Below, one piece after another: positions 56,854 through 64,000 of a DNA stretch of 64,000 nt. The DNA lies in the IMG/VR virus record IMGVR_UViG_3300010429_000664, positions 1-64,000 of that record; one strand, 5' to 3'. The DNA comes from a virus (taxonomy: Duplodnaviria; Caudoviricetes). Made by a program: the position numbers and the translations under genes. The stretch's first letter is position 1. The number at the start of each line of letters is the position of its first letter. The notes beneath the pieces were generated by a model, which did no database searches, was not told where the DNA came from, and was given only the letters and a program-made list of their open reading frames with translations.

Positions 56854-58349
56854 TCCTCATCGCTGCATTTCTGTTTCTTGGGTTGACGAACGAGAACTTG
56901 AGTGCCTTTTGAACCGTCGCGAAATACTGTTACTCCTTTACATCCGAGTTTCCACGCCGTCATATAGATGCTTTTTACGTCTTCAATAGAAGCTTCATAA
57001 GGTAGATTAACCGTCTTGCTTATAGAATTATCGGTCCATTTCTGCCATTGAGCTTGAACACGCAGATGCCATTCAGGGGAAATCTCGTGTGCTACTCTGG
57101 TAAACTTAGACTTATAAATATCTCTAGTTTCTTCTATTTTACCAATAGTTAAATTACGTGTAAAAACAGTATCAAAAATAGGCTCTATTCCACTAGAGCA
57201 ATCTGCGAGAATGGATAGAGAGCCTGTTGGAGCGATACTACGACGGAATAGACATCCTTTACCAACTTTATCGGTAACAGTTTTATATATTTCTCCTATC
57301 TTATCTATGAAATTTAGAGCTTCCTGACTGTCATAGTAAATTCCGAGTTTAATTAGTGCGTCGGCATAACCCATAACACCTACGCCTATCGGATTATACT
57401 CGTTCATTGCCTTAGTAATTTCGTGAATTGGAAACCAAGAAATTTTATTGTTATTAATTAAAGCTCTTGTTACTAGTTCAAGATATTTTTTAAACTTATC
57501 ATATTCGAACTTTCCAGACCGGACAAGCTCACTTAAATTTATACTTCCTAAACAACAAGCAGTATTTAGAGGAAGCGTTACCTCTCCGCAAGGATTTGTT
57601 GTAAATATTTTTACTTTAGGATATAGATTATTGTCCTTATTGATTCTATCATAAAACAGCAGTCCGGGGTCGCCGTTCATCCATGCTGAAAATGCTATAA
57701 CGTCCCAGATGGTTTTTGCATTAACACGAGCAATTGGATTTCCATCTTTTGGGTTTATCAGATGGATGTCTTCTCCGCGTTCAATCAAGCCCATTTGTAA
57801 ATCATTAATCAATACTGATATGTTGAAATTATTTAACTTTCCGGTTAGTTTACTGCGGATAAACTCCATAATTTCTGGATGATTGAAGTCAAGAATACCC
57901 ATCAATGCTCCGCGCCGGAAACCTCCTTGTTTGACAACTTCTGTTGCCGTATCAAATAAAGACATGAATGAAACAACTCCACTGGACGTTCCTCCTGATG
58001 ATAGAGGAGTGTTATTGGGTCGAAGACTGGAGAAATTAATACCGACTCCTCCCCCTCCCTTAAATATTAGAATGGTATTTTTAAGTGTTTCAGATATACC
58101 CTCGATAGAATCTTGCAGACCAAGAACGAAGCAAGCATGCAGTAATGCTTTCTTAAATCCAGCATTACGAATACACGGAGAATTGGGTAGAAAGATACCA
58201 TCGCGCATCATTGCTGTTAACTTACGTTCAAAACTGCTATCTCCGAGCGCCAAAGCATTTGCAACTCTAGGATAAACGTCGGAAGGTTTCTCCCCAGGAT
58301 GACAGTACCTCTTGGAGAGCAAATCTTGAGCATTTTTACTTAGAGCCAT
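56841..58349 (-). CDS. nrdJ: Class II (B12-dependent) ribonucleotide reductase, compact
   Basis: PNSP, ACF, GGGVG, TNPCGE, CCLGSINL, APTGS, KTVN, GCKG.TVFRDGS, C-terminal C...EC. Confidence 0.88.
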   Translation of the reverse strand: MALSKNAQDLLSKRYCHPGEKPSDVYPRVANALALGDSSFERKLTAMMRDGIFLPNSPCIRNAGFKKALLHACFVLGLQDSIEGISETLKNTILIFKGGGGVGINFSSLRPNNTPLSSGGTSSGVVSFMSLFDTATEVVKQGGFRRGALMGILDFNHPEIMEFIRSKLTGKLNNFNISVLINDLQMGLIERGEDIHLINPKDGNPIARVNAKTIWDVIAFSAWMNGDPGLLFYDRINKDNNLYPKVKIFTTNPCGEVTLPLNTACCLGSINLSELVRSGKFEYDKFKKYLELVTRALINNNKISWFPIHEITKAMNEYNPIGVGVMGYADALIKLGIYYDSQEALNFIDKIGEIYKTVTDKVGKGCLFRRSIAPTGSLSILADCSSGIEPIFDTVFTRNLTIGKIEETRDIYKSKFTRVAHEISPEWHLRVQAQWQKWTDNSISKTVNLPYEASIEDVKSIYMTAWKLGCKGVTVFRDGSKGTQVLVRQPKKQKCSDEECQL

Positions 58350-58734
58350 CGGACCCGTCCTTTACTTTTAGTTCTTCTTCGGTTTTTTCTTCGCCCTCTA
58401 CGAACATGCCGCCTTGTTTGTACCTTTTGATATCTTCTTCGGACACTTCCCCGTCTCTAACATAAATATATTCCAGAACTTCGCTGTCTTCTAGTGCAAT
58501 AAATCGATGAACAACACAAGGAGGTACAATAAAAGAGTCGTTTAGTTTTTCTAGAACTTTCATGCCTTTTCCGTACAACTCAATCATCACTTTACCCTTT
58601 AAAAGTTTAAACTCGTTAAACTTCTCCGAGTGGTAGTGAGTAGAACAGAATGAATCTTTCTTGAGTTGAAGTAAATCCATCTTATACTTTGGTGTATCGA
58701 TTAAACGTTTTGCTTCTCCCCAGATTTTTGCCAT
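58336..58734 (-). CDS. Cupin-domain protein (sugar-isomerase-like)
   Basis: STHYH..K..EF..L.G...., VPP..VHRF. Confidence 0.7.
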   Translation of the reverse strand: MAKIWGEAKRLIDTPKYKMDLLQLKKDSFCSTHYHSEKFNEFKLLKGKVMIELYGKGMKVLEKLNDSFIVPPCVVHRFIALEDSEVLEYIYVRDGEVSEEDIKRYKQGGMFVEGEEKTEEELKVKDGSDGSK

Positions 58735-58735
58735 T

Positions 58736-58915
58736 TTATCCTCTCGTTAAAATATAATAAATAACGTAGAACCAACCAAAAATACCGTGAAGCACTGCCC
58801 ATAGAATAGAGTGATTAATAGACCAAGAAATAACTATTGCTAAAGTTGAACCGAATAAGAAACCAGGTTGAATTGTATAATACTTTTTCTTAGATTGGCA
58901 CTGACAAACTTTCAT
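58736..58915 (-). CDS. Small two-TM membrane protein
   Basis: Manual translation ...GSTLAIVISWSINHSILWAVLHGIFGWFYV... Confidence 0.55.
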   Translation of the reverse strand: MKVCQCQSKKKYYTIQPGFLFGSTLAIVISWSINHSILWAVLHGIFGWFYVIYYILTRG

Positions 58916-59370
58916 TAGTCTCCTCCCTGCGGAATATTCATCTCCTTATTAACCGACTTTAGTAATGATTGAGCTACTTGAATAGACTTTTCGACGCTTT
59001 CGAGATACGCTTGAATCAGATTACGAACTCGTCTATAAGATGCAACATGACCGCTCGCTTCCTTTTCCATAGCAGTAGCTACGAACTTCTCTCCGGCATT
59101 TTCGACTTCCATCTTTCTAGTGTGATAGTGTTTTAGTTCGCGATTCGCTTTTTCTGTTTCAGCCAAGGCAGCTTTGGGCGCGAGTGACATATAAATACCA
59201 GCAAGTTCAGTTAATGCAGCACTTATTTCGTTTGGGTTATCAGCAATTACCCCTTTCTTGAATAAATCACTGTAATACTCTATTCTTGCGATATCTTCAG
59301 AACACATATCTAGGGCGTTACCGAGTGTGGCTTCCGACTGAAAACACTTCTCAAATTCGTAAATATTCAT
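58915..59370 (-). CDS. Helical protein, possibly UvsY-like recombination mediator
   Basis: All-helical, 151 aa, near RecA; inference. Confidence 0.4.
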   Translation of the reverse strand: MNIYEFEKCFQSEATLGNALDMCSEDIARIEYYSDLFKKGVIADNPNEISAALTELAGIYMSLAPKAALAETEKANRELKHYHTRKMEVENAGEKFVATAMEKEASGHVASYRRVRNLIQAYLESVEKSIQVAQSLLKSVNKEMNIPQGGD

Positions 59371-59372
59371 AA

Positions 59373-59492
59373 TTACTCCTTATCGTCCATGAGCAGTGAA
59401 AACAACCATATCACCCATAAAGCGTCATTATTTCCAAATAATGCCAACCAAAAAAATAACCACTGAATTTGTCCTATTTTTGCATACTTCAT
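59373..59492 (-). CDS. Trp-rich 39-aa membrane peptide
   Basis: Manual translation MKYAKIGQIQWLFFWLALFGNNDALWVIWLFSLLMDDKE; fills the gap exactly. Confidence 0.5.
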   Translation of the reverse strand: MKYAKIGQIQWLFFWLALFGNNDALWVIWLFSLLMDDKE

Positions 59493-59770
59493 AGTATTAC
59501 CAACTTTGTAAACAACGCCTGTCCGTACGTTGCAGGTGTAACTGGATTTCGGCTATTATACTCTAGCATCTGAAAATAAGAATATACCATCCAAACTCCG
59601 ATAACCACGAGAACAAACAATGTGCGAGTAATACACTTCTTAATAAAGGCTTTACGCTTTATTTTAACATATCCTTGAAAAATACTCTGAGCAGCAGATT
59701 TAATGTTATCAAATTCACCATTGCCGAGCATATCATCTAATTCTTTAATTACGTTTCTTTTCTTGGTCAT
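59489..59770 (-). CDS. Single-TM membrane protein
   Basis: TLFVLVVIGVWMVYSYF hydrophobic segment; SD AAGGAG. Confidence 0.65.
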   Translation of the reverse strand: MTKKRNVIKELDDMLGNGEFDNIKSAAQSIFQGYVKIKRKAFIKKCITRTLFVLVVIGVWMVYSYFQMLEYNSRNPVTPATYGQALFTKLVIL

Positions 59771-59827
59771 TTAGCATCTCCTTTTTTATTTTTAGTAGAC
59801 AGTATACAATTAAAAGTAACAATACTG

Positions 59828-59856
59828 ACTTTACCATAATTAAGTCTCGGTGTCAA
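59828..59856 (-). promoter_or_regulatory. Sigma70-type promoter (weaker -10)
   Basis: TTGACAC, 17-nt spacer, TGnTAAAGT. Confidence 0.5.
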
Positions 59857-60010
59857 TAGTTTGTTGGATGTTTTATATAATCTGATATATCATTAAATAA
59901 GTTCGGATAGTCAGAAATTTCACTGCGTTTTTCTGACATTGGAATTTCATAACTTACAGTATAACCAATACTTATACAAAACAATAGTGATAAAATAATG
60001 AGTAACTCTT

Positions 60011-61030
60011 TCATCTATCCTGCACTTTCCAAATTTCGTCTTCTATATCTTTAAGTATTTCCGGAGTCAGCAACTCCATAAAAGCATCCTGACCTACCGC
60101 CCTTAAATCTCTATATTTATAAGTATTGCCTTCTTTTGAAATAATAGCGTTCTTAACCGCACTGAAAAAGATAGGGGTCTTATTATCGACGGAACCGTTA
60201 ACATAGTAAAAATCGACACATGCCGTTTTAAATGCCGGTCCGCACTTGTTCTTTACGTTGTGCATCTTAATTTCATGGCCAATACGCTCTTTGCTGTCTC
60301 CGCTACCGGCTTCGATTGCTTTGGCAATTTTGAACTCTACTCGTGCGGAATATAAATGCCGAAGTGCTCTACCTCCGTTTGTCGTTGTGGGAGAGCCATA
60401 CATCGCCCCAACGCGGTCTCGCAATTGATTAATGAACACAACACAAGTTTTATTCTTTTCAATCTGTCTATATATTTTACTTACAATTGTTGCCCATACG
60501 CTTGCGGCTGCTCCCATAGTTTTTTCCTCTATCTCGTTTTCGAGAATAAGAATAGGAGCTATACCGGCAATGGAATCAAATACGATTAAATCTACTTTTG
60601 GAAGAAAATCGAGAAGCACTTGTCCGGCTTCTTCAAGATGTTTTGGATTACAGACTAAGAGTTTATCGTTATCTATACCGATAACATCTCCCGCCCAATG
60701 CTTATCGTAAGAATTTTCTGCATCTATAAGTAAACACGACTTGCCTAATTTTTGAAAAGCTTTTATGATTTGAAGCGAAAAAAATGATTTACCAGAACCT
60801 TCCTGTCCATAAAATTCTACAAAATAACCGCCTTCTTTTTGGGATAGTCCTCCAGATAGTACGTAATCTAAACCATAAATTCCGGTACGAATTTTTGCGT
60901 CTGGCTTTATTTCAGAAGCTTTTTGAATAGAATATTTCTTTTCAGCCTCATGAAGCATTCTATCCAAACTCTTATCTTTTGACGTATTTTCTACCGGCTG
61001 TTCTTCATTTTCTTTCTTAGGTCTTCCCAT
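60011..61030 (-). CDS. recA: RecA/UvsX-family recombinase
   Basis: GIYGLD..L.GG, EFYGQEGSGKS, IDAEN, VFDSI, FINQLR, GG.AL....S.R, KNK. Confidence 0.93.
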   Translation of the reverse strand: MGRPKKENEEQPVENTSKDKSLDRMLHEAEKKYSIQKASEIKPDAKIRTGIYGLDYVLSGGLSQKEGGYFVEFYGQEGSGKSFFSLQIIKAFQKLGKSCLLIDAENSYDKHWAGDVIGIDNDKLLVCNPKHLEEAGQVLLDFLPKVDLIVFDSIAGIAPILILENEIEEKTMGAAASVWATIVSKIYRQIEKNKTCVVFINQLRDRVGAMYGSPTTTNGGRALRHLYSARVEFKIAKAIEAGSGDSKERIGHEIKMHNVKNKCGPAFKTACVDFYYVNGSVDNKTPIFFSAVKNAIISKEGNTYKYRDLRAVGQDAFMELLTPEILKDIEDEIWKVQDR

Positions 61031-61032
61031 TT

Positions 61033-61233
61033 TTATTCTCCGTATATTTTTATACCACTATTACGCATATACGCTAACTCTATTTCGGTACATTTCGGAC
61101 AGAAAAAGCCTACTACGTTTTTTTTATAGCCTACCCATTGCCAGTGTTCAAGTTTTAAGTTTTTTATCTGTTCTTCCGCATAACAGCCGTCGCATTTAAT
61201 TAAACGTTCAGAATAGTATATTTTATCGTTCAT
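61033..61233 (-). CDS. Small zinc-binding protein
   Basis: CDGC...FCPKC. Confidence 0.55.
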   Translation of the reverse strand: MNDKIYYSERLIKCDGCYAEEQIKNLKLEHWQWVGYKKNVVGFFCPKCTEIELAYMRNSGIKIYGE

Positions 61234-61708
61234 TTTTCTGCTCCTTATGTTTTCTATAAAGATACCTATGATAACGTCCTAGATATCTACGTACTTCTGC
61301 TGGTAACGTGCTGGTTGATTGACCTGTTTTATACCACCGTTGAAACGCTCCCGGTCCCCATGTATAGGAAATCAAAATTCTATCTGGATTGGGAATAATA
61401 AAATGGAATAACATGATTTTTTCGACGAAGTGAAGATACCAATGAGCAACCTTAATATTCTTTTCTGGTTGAAACATCTCCAATAGCGTGTACTGCTCTA
61501 TATTAAATAGATTATATTCATCGAGCGCCGGTTGTGTAATTTGACAAAGCCCGACTGCTCTGCCATGAATATTATAAGACCAAGGATTGCCCATTGTTTC
61601 GGTCTTAGCTAGGCATTCCATATCAATCTCGTCTGCAACGTTAGATTGAGCAACGTATAGAATACCAATAGCGAAAACGACTAGAAAAAGATAGATGAAG
61701 TGTTTCAT
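61223..61708 (-). CDS. Lytic transglycosylase (SLT family) with N-terminal TM segment
   Basis: Catalytic E in KTET, AVGLCQI, NI..A.WYL, SY..GPG. Confidence 0.8.
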   Translation of the reverse strand: MKHFIYLFLVVFAIGILYVAQSNVADEIDMECLAKTETMGNPWSYNIHGRAVGLCQITQPALDEYNLFNIEQYTLLEMFQPEKNIKVAHWYLHFVEKIMLFHFIIPNPDRILISYTWGPGAFQRWYKTGQSTSTLPAEVRRYLGRYHRYLYRKHKEQKNER

Positions 61709-61713
61709 AATTT

Positions 61714-61789
61714 TGGCGACCCGGGACGGATTCGAACCGTCGCCCTCCCCCGTGTAAGGGGCTGTTCTTGCTAATTAAACTACCGGGCC
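61714..61789 (-). tRNA. tRNA, probably Val(TAC), with an irregular anticodon arm; CCA encoded
   Basis: GGCCCGG/CCGGGTC acceptor, GTTT/GAAC D-stem, CCC-CTTACAC-GGG, GACGG-TTCGAAT-CCGTC. Confidence 0.8.
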
Positions 61790-61795
61790 AGTCTT

Positions 61796-61824
61796 ATATT
61801 AGCATATTATAGAGTTGGTGTCAA
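61796..61824 (-). promoter_or_regulatory. Sigma70-type promoter for the tRNA
   Basis: TTGACAC, 17-nt spacer, TGnTAATAT, a few nt upstream of the tRNA 5' end. Confidence 0.7.
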
Positions 61825-62924
61825 TGAAATTCTGTACCGCCTTTTCTAAGCAAATAGTTTTCCGACACTAATTTTAGAATTTTTCTACCCAGTCTAACGT
61901 CCGTTTTTTCATTCTGCGGTTTAATAACTATGCCCTCGCGCATCTGAGTAGGGCAGATAACAGACATACCAGTACGCAGTTCCTTGAGTTCTTCCTTCCA
62001 CGGTCCACTATAGAGCATCGGCACTTCGGGCAAATCTAATCTGAGACATATCGCGTGAAATTCCGTACAATCTAAATATGTGCCGTTGGGATGTTTAATA
62101 TCAAAAAATGCTACCGTAGGTTCCTTAACCCCATAAGTAAGGTCTTGTATATTTGGTCCATATATCTCACCGTAAAAGATATATCCGGGGTATAGTTTTA
62201 ATTTCTCGATGAGGTTATATTTTTTAACTGTTTTTCCCCATACGTCAGTGCCGTAGAAGCCTTTACGAATATTTAACGGGTGTTTTTGACAGTTGTGTGA
62301 CCCATATACGAACTCATAAGGTTTAGTGAAATACTTCAAAACGGGTATAGTATTGGTTTTTTTTAGATAACCAAAACGTGCGTTTGTTCCGTGCAGTTTT
62401 TCCGTAATTATAACTATCTCGTTATCAAATATTTTAGGATAATGCTTGAAATTCTCAATATCTGTGTATTTAGTAAATAGTTCGTTACTACGTTTCGCAC
62501 TAAAACAGCGTTTAAATCGATATTTTATATACTGCAATAGGTTGCTTGGTTTACTCTTTGTTTGTGGCTCTGGAGGGGCTTCTGGTTCGTATTTCGTTAT
62601 GCCTAGCGCTGTAGCAACATCCGTTCCAACTGGTTTTCTAACTATATTTGGAATAATTAGGCCGTAACTTACTACACCGCGAATTTTGGCGGCTCTAATG
62701 CGGTTTGGGATGTAATTTTGGCCTATTTTCAGGTCCAGGCGTTGAATAAGTTCGTCCGGCAATACTGAGTCTATCGGAATATAAATAACTTCATCTCCGG
62801 CCTTATGAACACCTTTGCCAACTACGCATATCCAGTCATTTATTCGCGCAAGGTCCAAACGCTCCGCATTTTCGTGTTTCAATATCTCGTCAATTTTTAC
62901 GACTTCCACTTTAAGAGAACTCAT
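61821..62924 (-). CDS. ATP-dependent RNA ligase (DRB0094/Rnl5 family)
   Basis: N-terminal OB-like H.NA.RL.L..I..W..VV.K; motifs TEKLHGTN, YGEIYG, FFDI, EGIVIK, LK.VS..YL. Confidence 0.9.
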   Translation of the reverse strand: MSSLKVEVVKIDEILKHENAERLDLARINDWICVVGKGVHKAGDEVIYIPIDSVLPDELIQRLDLKIGQNYIPNRIRAAKIRGVVSYGLIIPNIVRKPVGTDVATALGITKYEPEAPPEPQTKSKPSNLLQYIKYRFKRCFSAKRSNELFTKYTDIENFKHYPKIFDNEIVIITEKLHGTNARFGYLKKTNTIPVLKYFTKPYEFVYGSHNCQKHPLNIRKGFYGTDVWGKTVKKYNLIEKLKLYPGYIFYGEIYGPNIQDLTYGVKEPTVAFFDIKHPNGTYLDCTEFHAICLRLDLPEVPMLYSGPWKEELKELRTGMSVICPTQMREGIVIKPQNEKTDVRLGRKILKLVSENYLLRKGGTEFH

Positions 62925-63190
62925 GCGTCTACCTCCAGCATTTTAGATATTTCCGAGCAGATTTCGTTATAAGATTTTGTAAAAAAATGTGCCTGGCCGA
63001 AGTTACACCGTTCTTCCACTGTTATAGTGATAGTACCTTTATATAGTTTGGCCATTGCTTTAACTTTTTGATAATGATTTTTAAATATTTGTAACGAAGT
63101 GATATTCGGCATATTAATAGTTCTTGGAACTTCCGTAGAAGTCAACGGTAACATGATATCAATATGTATTTTGGATTTATTCGTTAACAT
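62921..63190 (-). CDS. Hypothetical protein (89 aa)
   Basis: ORF coupled to its neighbours. Confidence 0.55.
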   Translation of the reverse strand: MLTNKSKIHIDIMLPLTSTEVPRTINMPNITSLQIFKNHYQKVKAMAKLYKGTITITVEERCNFGQAHFFTKSYNEICSEISKMLEVDA

Positions 63191-63451
63191 TCACTCCCTC
63201 CTTTTTACAATTTCACATCTATCGGACCGCCACAACTCAGGAACGATTTCCCATCTCATCGCTCCAGGTTCCACGGAATAAAAATGCTCGTCTTCTTCTA
63301 TAATATATCTAAACACGTAGTAAGGTCGTTCGCAAGTATACGGGTGTTTTAAATTTGGGTCTTCTACTAGAAAAGGACAGTAACATTCTATTCTATCGCC
63401 CACACAGATGTCTACTCCGTGTTTATCTTTAACTCCAACCGGTTTTCTCAT
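63191..63451 (-). CDS. YopX-like protein
   Basis: G.KDKHG..I..GD motif. Confidence 0.55.
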   Translation of the reverse strand: MRKPVGVKDKHGVDICVGDRIECYCPFLVEDPNLKHPYTCERPYYVFRYIIEEDEHFYSVEPGAMRWEIVPELWRSDRCEIVKRRE

Positions 63452-63452
63452 A

Positions 63453-64000
63453 TCACTCCTTTACCGCCAATCCAGCCAATGCTAATACCAAAGCATCGCC
63501 AATATCATTTTGTGTCACTTCAATGTTCAGTAAATCGCCGATATACTTCATAATCTCTTTCTTCAACTTCGGACTTGGCAATTTAGGAATAGATGCTTTA
63601 AACCCTATTCGATTACGAGCAGATGTTGGCATCATTAGTTCGGCCGATTTTACCACACTACGAAACCTATCATACACCAACACACCGTGTCGTGTCAATT
63701 TTTTTAGAACATTAACGTTTTGAGAGAAAAACGTGTCCTCAATAATAAGCTTGTCAATTTTATGTTTGCCAATAACAGAACGTTTAAAATCTTCTAGTTG
63801 GTCTGCAAAAATATTAATAGCATCTAGGTCTTGTGCATCTTTTGGAACTTGAATTATATGGGTTAGGTCGACAATAACCGAATCCTCAGTTGAACGTACA
63901 ACTGCCAAACCCGTGCTATGTACCGAGGTATCAGACCCAAGAACTGTAGTGTTTTTTAATAAAGCCGAACCGGTTAAGGTAGATATTCGTTCCAGTTTTA
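63453..64000 (-). CDS. ruvC: RuvC-like Holliday junction resolvase (5' end beyond the window)
   Basis: Frame open to the edge; VLGSDTS..STGLA, LIIED, AR..IG, DIGDALVLA. Confidence 0.8.
   Translation of the reverse strand, partial: KLERISTLTGSALLKNTTVLGSDTSVHSTGLAVVRSTEDSVIVDLTHIIQVPKDAQDLDAINIFADQLEDFKRSVIGKHKIDKLIIEDTFFSQNVNVLKKLTRHGVLVYDRFRSVVKSAELMMPTSARNRIGFKASIPKLPSPKLKKEIMKYIGDLLNIEVTQNDIGDALVLALAGLAVKE

Noticed and set aside
150-63723. Numerous short antisense or overlapping ORFs in the track (e.g. 4537-4986, 50569-50931, 57883-58275)
   Set aside because: Shadows of well-supported genes on the opposite strand or frame, without SD or motifs
4748-64000. Stop-codon reassignment
   Set aside because: Recognisable genes are full length in the standard code and use TAA, TAG and TGA as stops

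Overview
64 kb of a large tailed dsDNA phage genome (siphovirus-like: tape measure and tail tube, no sheath recognised), in three blocks. (1) 1-3.3 kb: small leftward genes of unknown function, followed by a ~1.1 kb non-coding strand-switch region. (2) 4.5-36.3 kb, + strand: PhoH, a ~400-nt RNA cassette, small and large terminase (with intein), portal, head-proximal fibre/beta-helix genes, protease-scaffold, capsid, neck, tail tube, tape measure and tail tip. (3) 36.3-64 kb, - strand: a ~7-8 kb glycan/phospho-polyol modification cluster (cytidylyltransferase, LicD, three GT-A paralogues, PIG-L, WbqC, Maf-like), split Rad50/Mre11, PolB with intein, SLOG, NrdJ, RecA, lytic transglycosylase, RNA ligase, RuvC and tRNAs. 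Most notable: a circularly permuted tRNA mimic (YrlA/Y-RNA-like) fused to an unclassified structured RNA; the glycosylation operon, which has a promoter of the type used by the virion genes; a 4-kb left arm lacking several restriction palindromes, on top of apparent window-wide GATC avoidance; and a homing endonuclease that appears to have taken a neighbour's ATG, leaving it with ATC. All calls come from reading motifs by eye; no searches were run, and structural-gene names rest largely on synteny.
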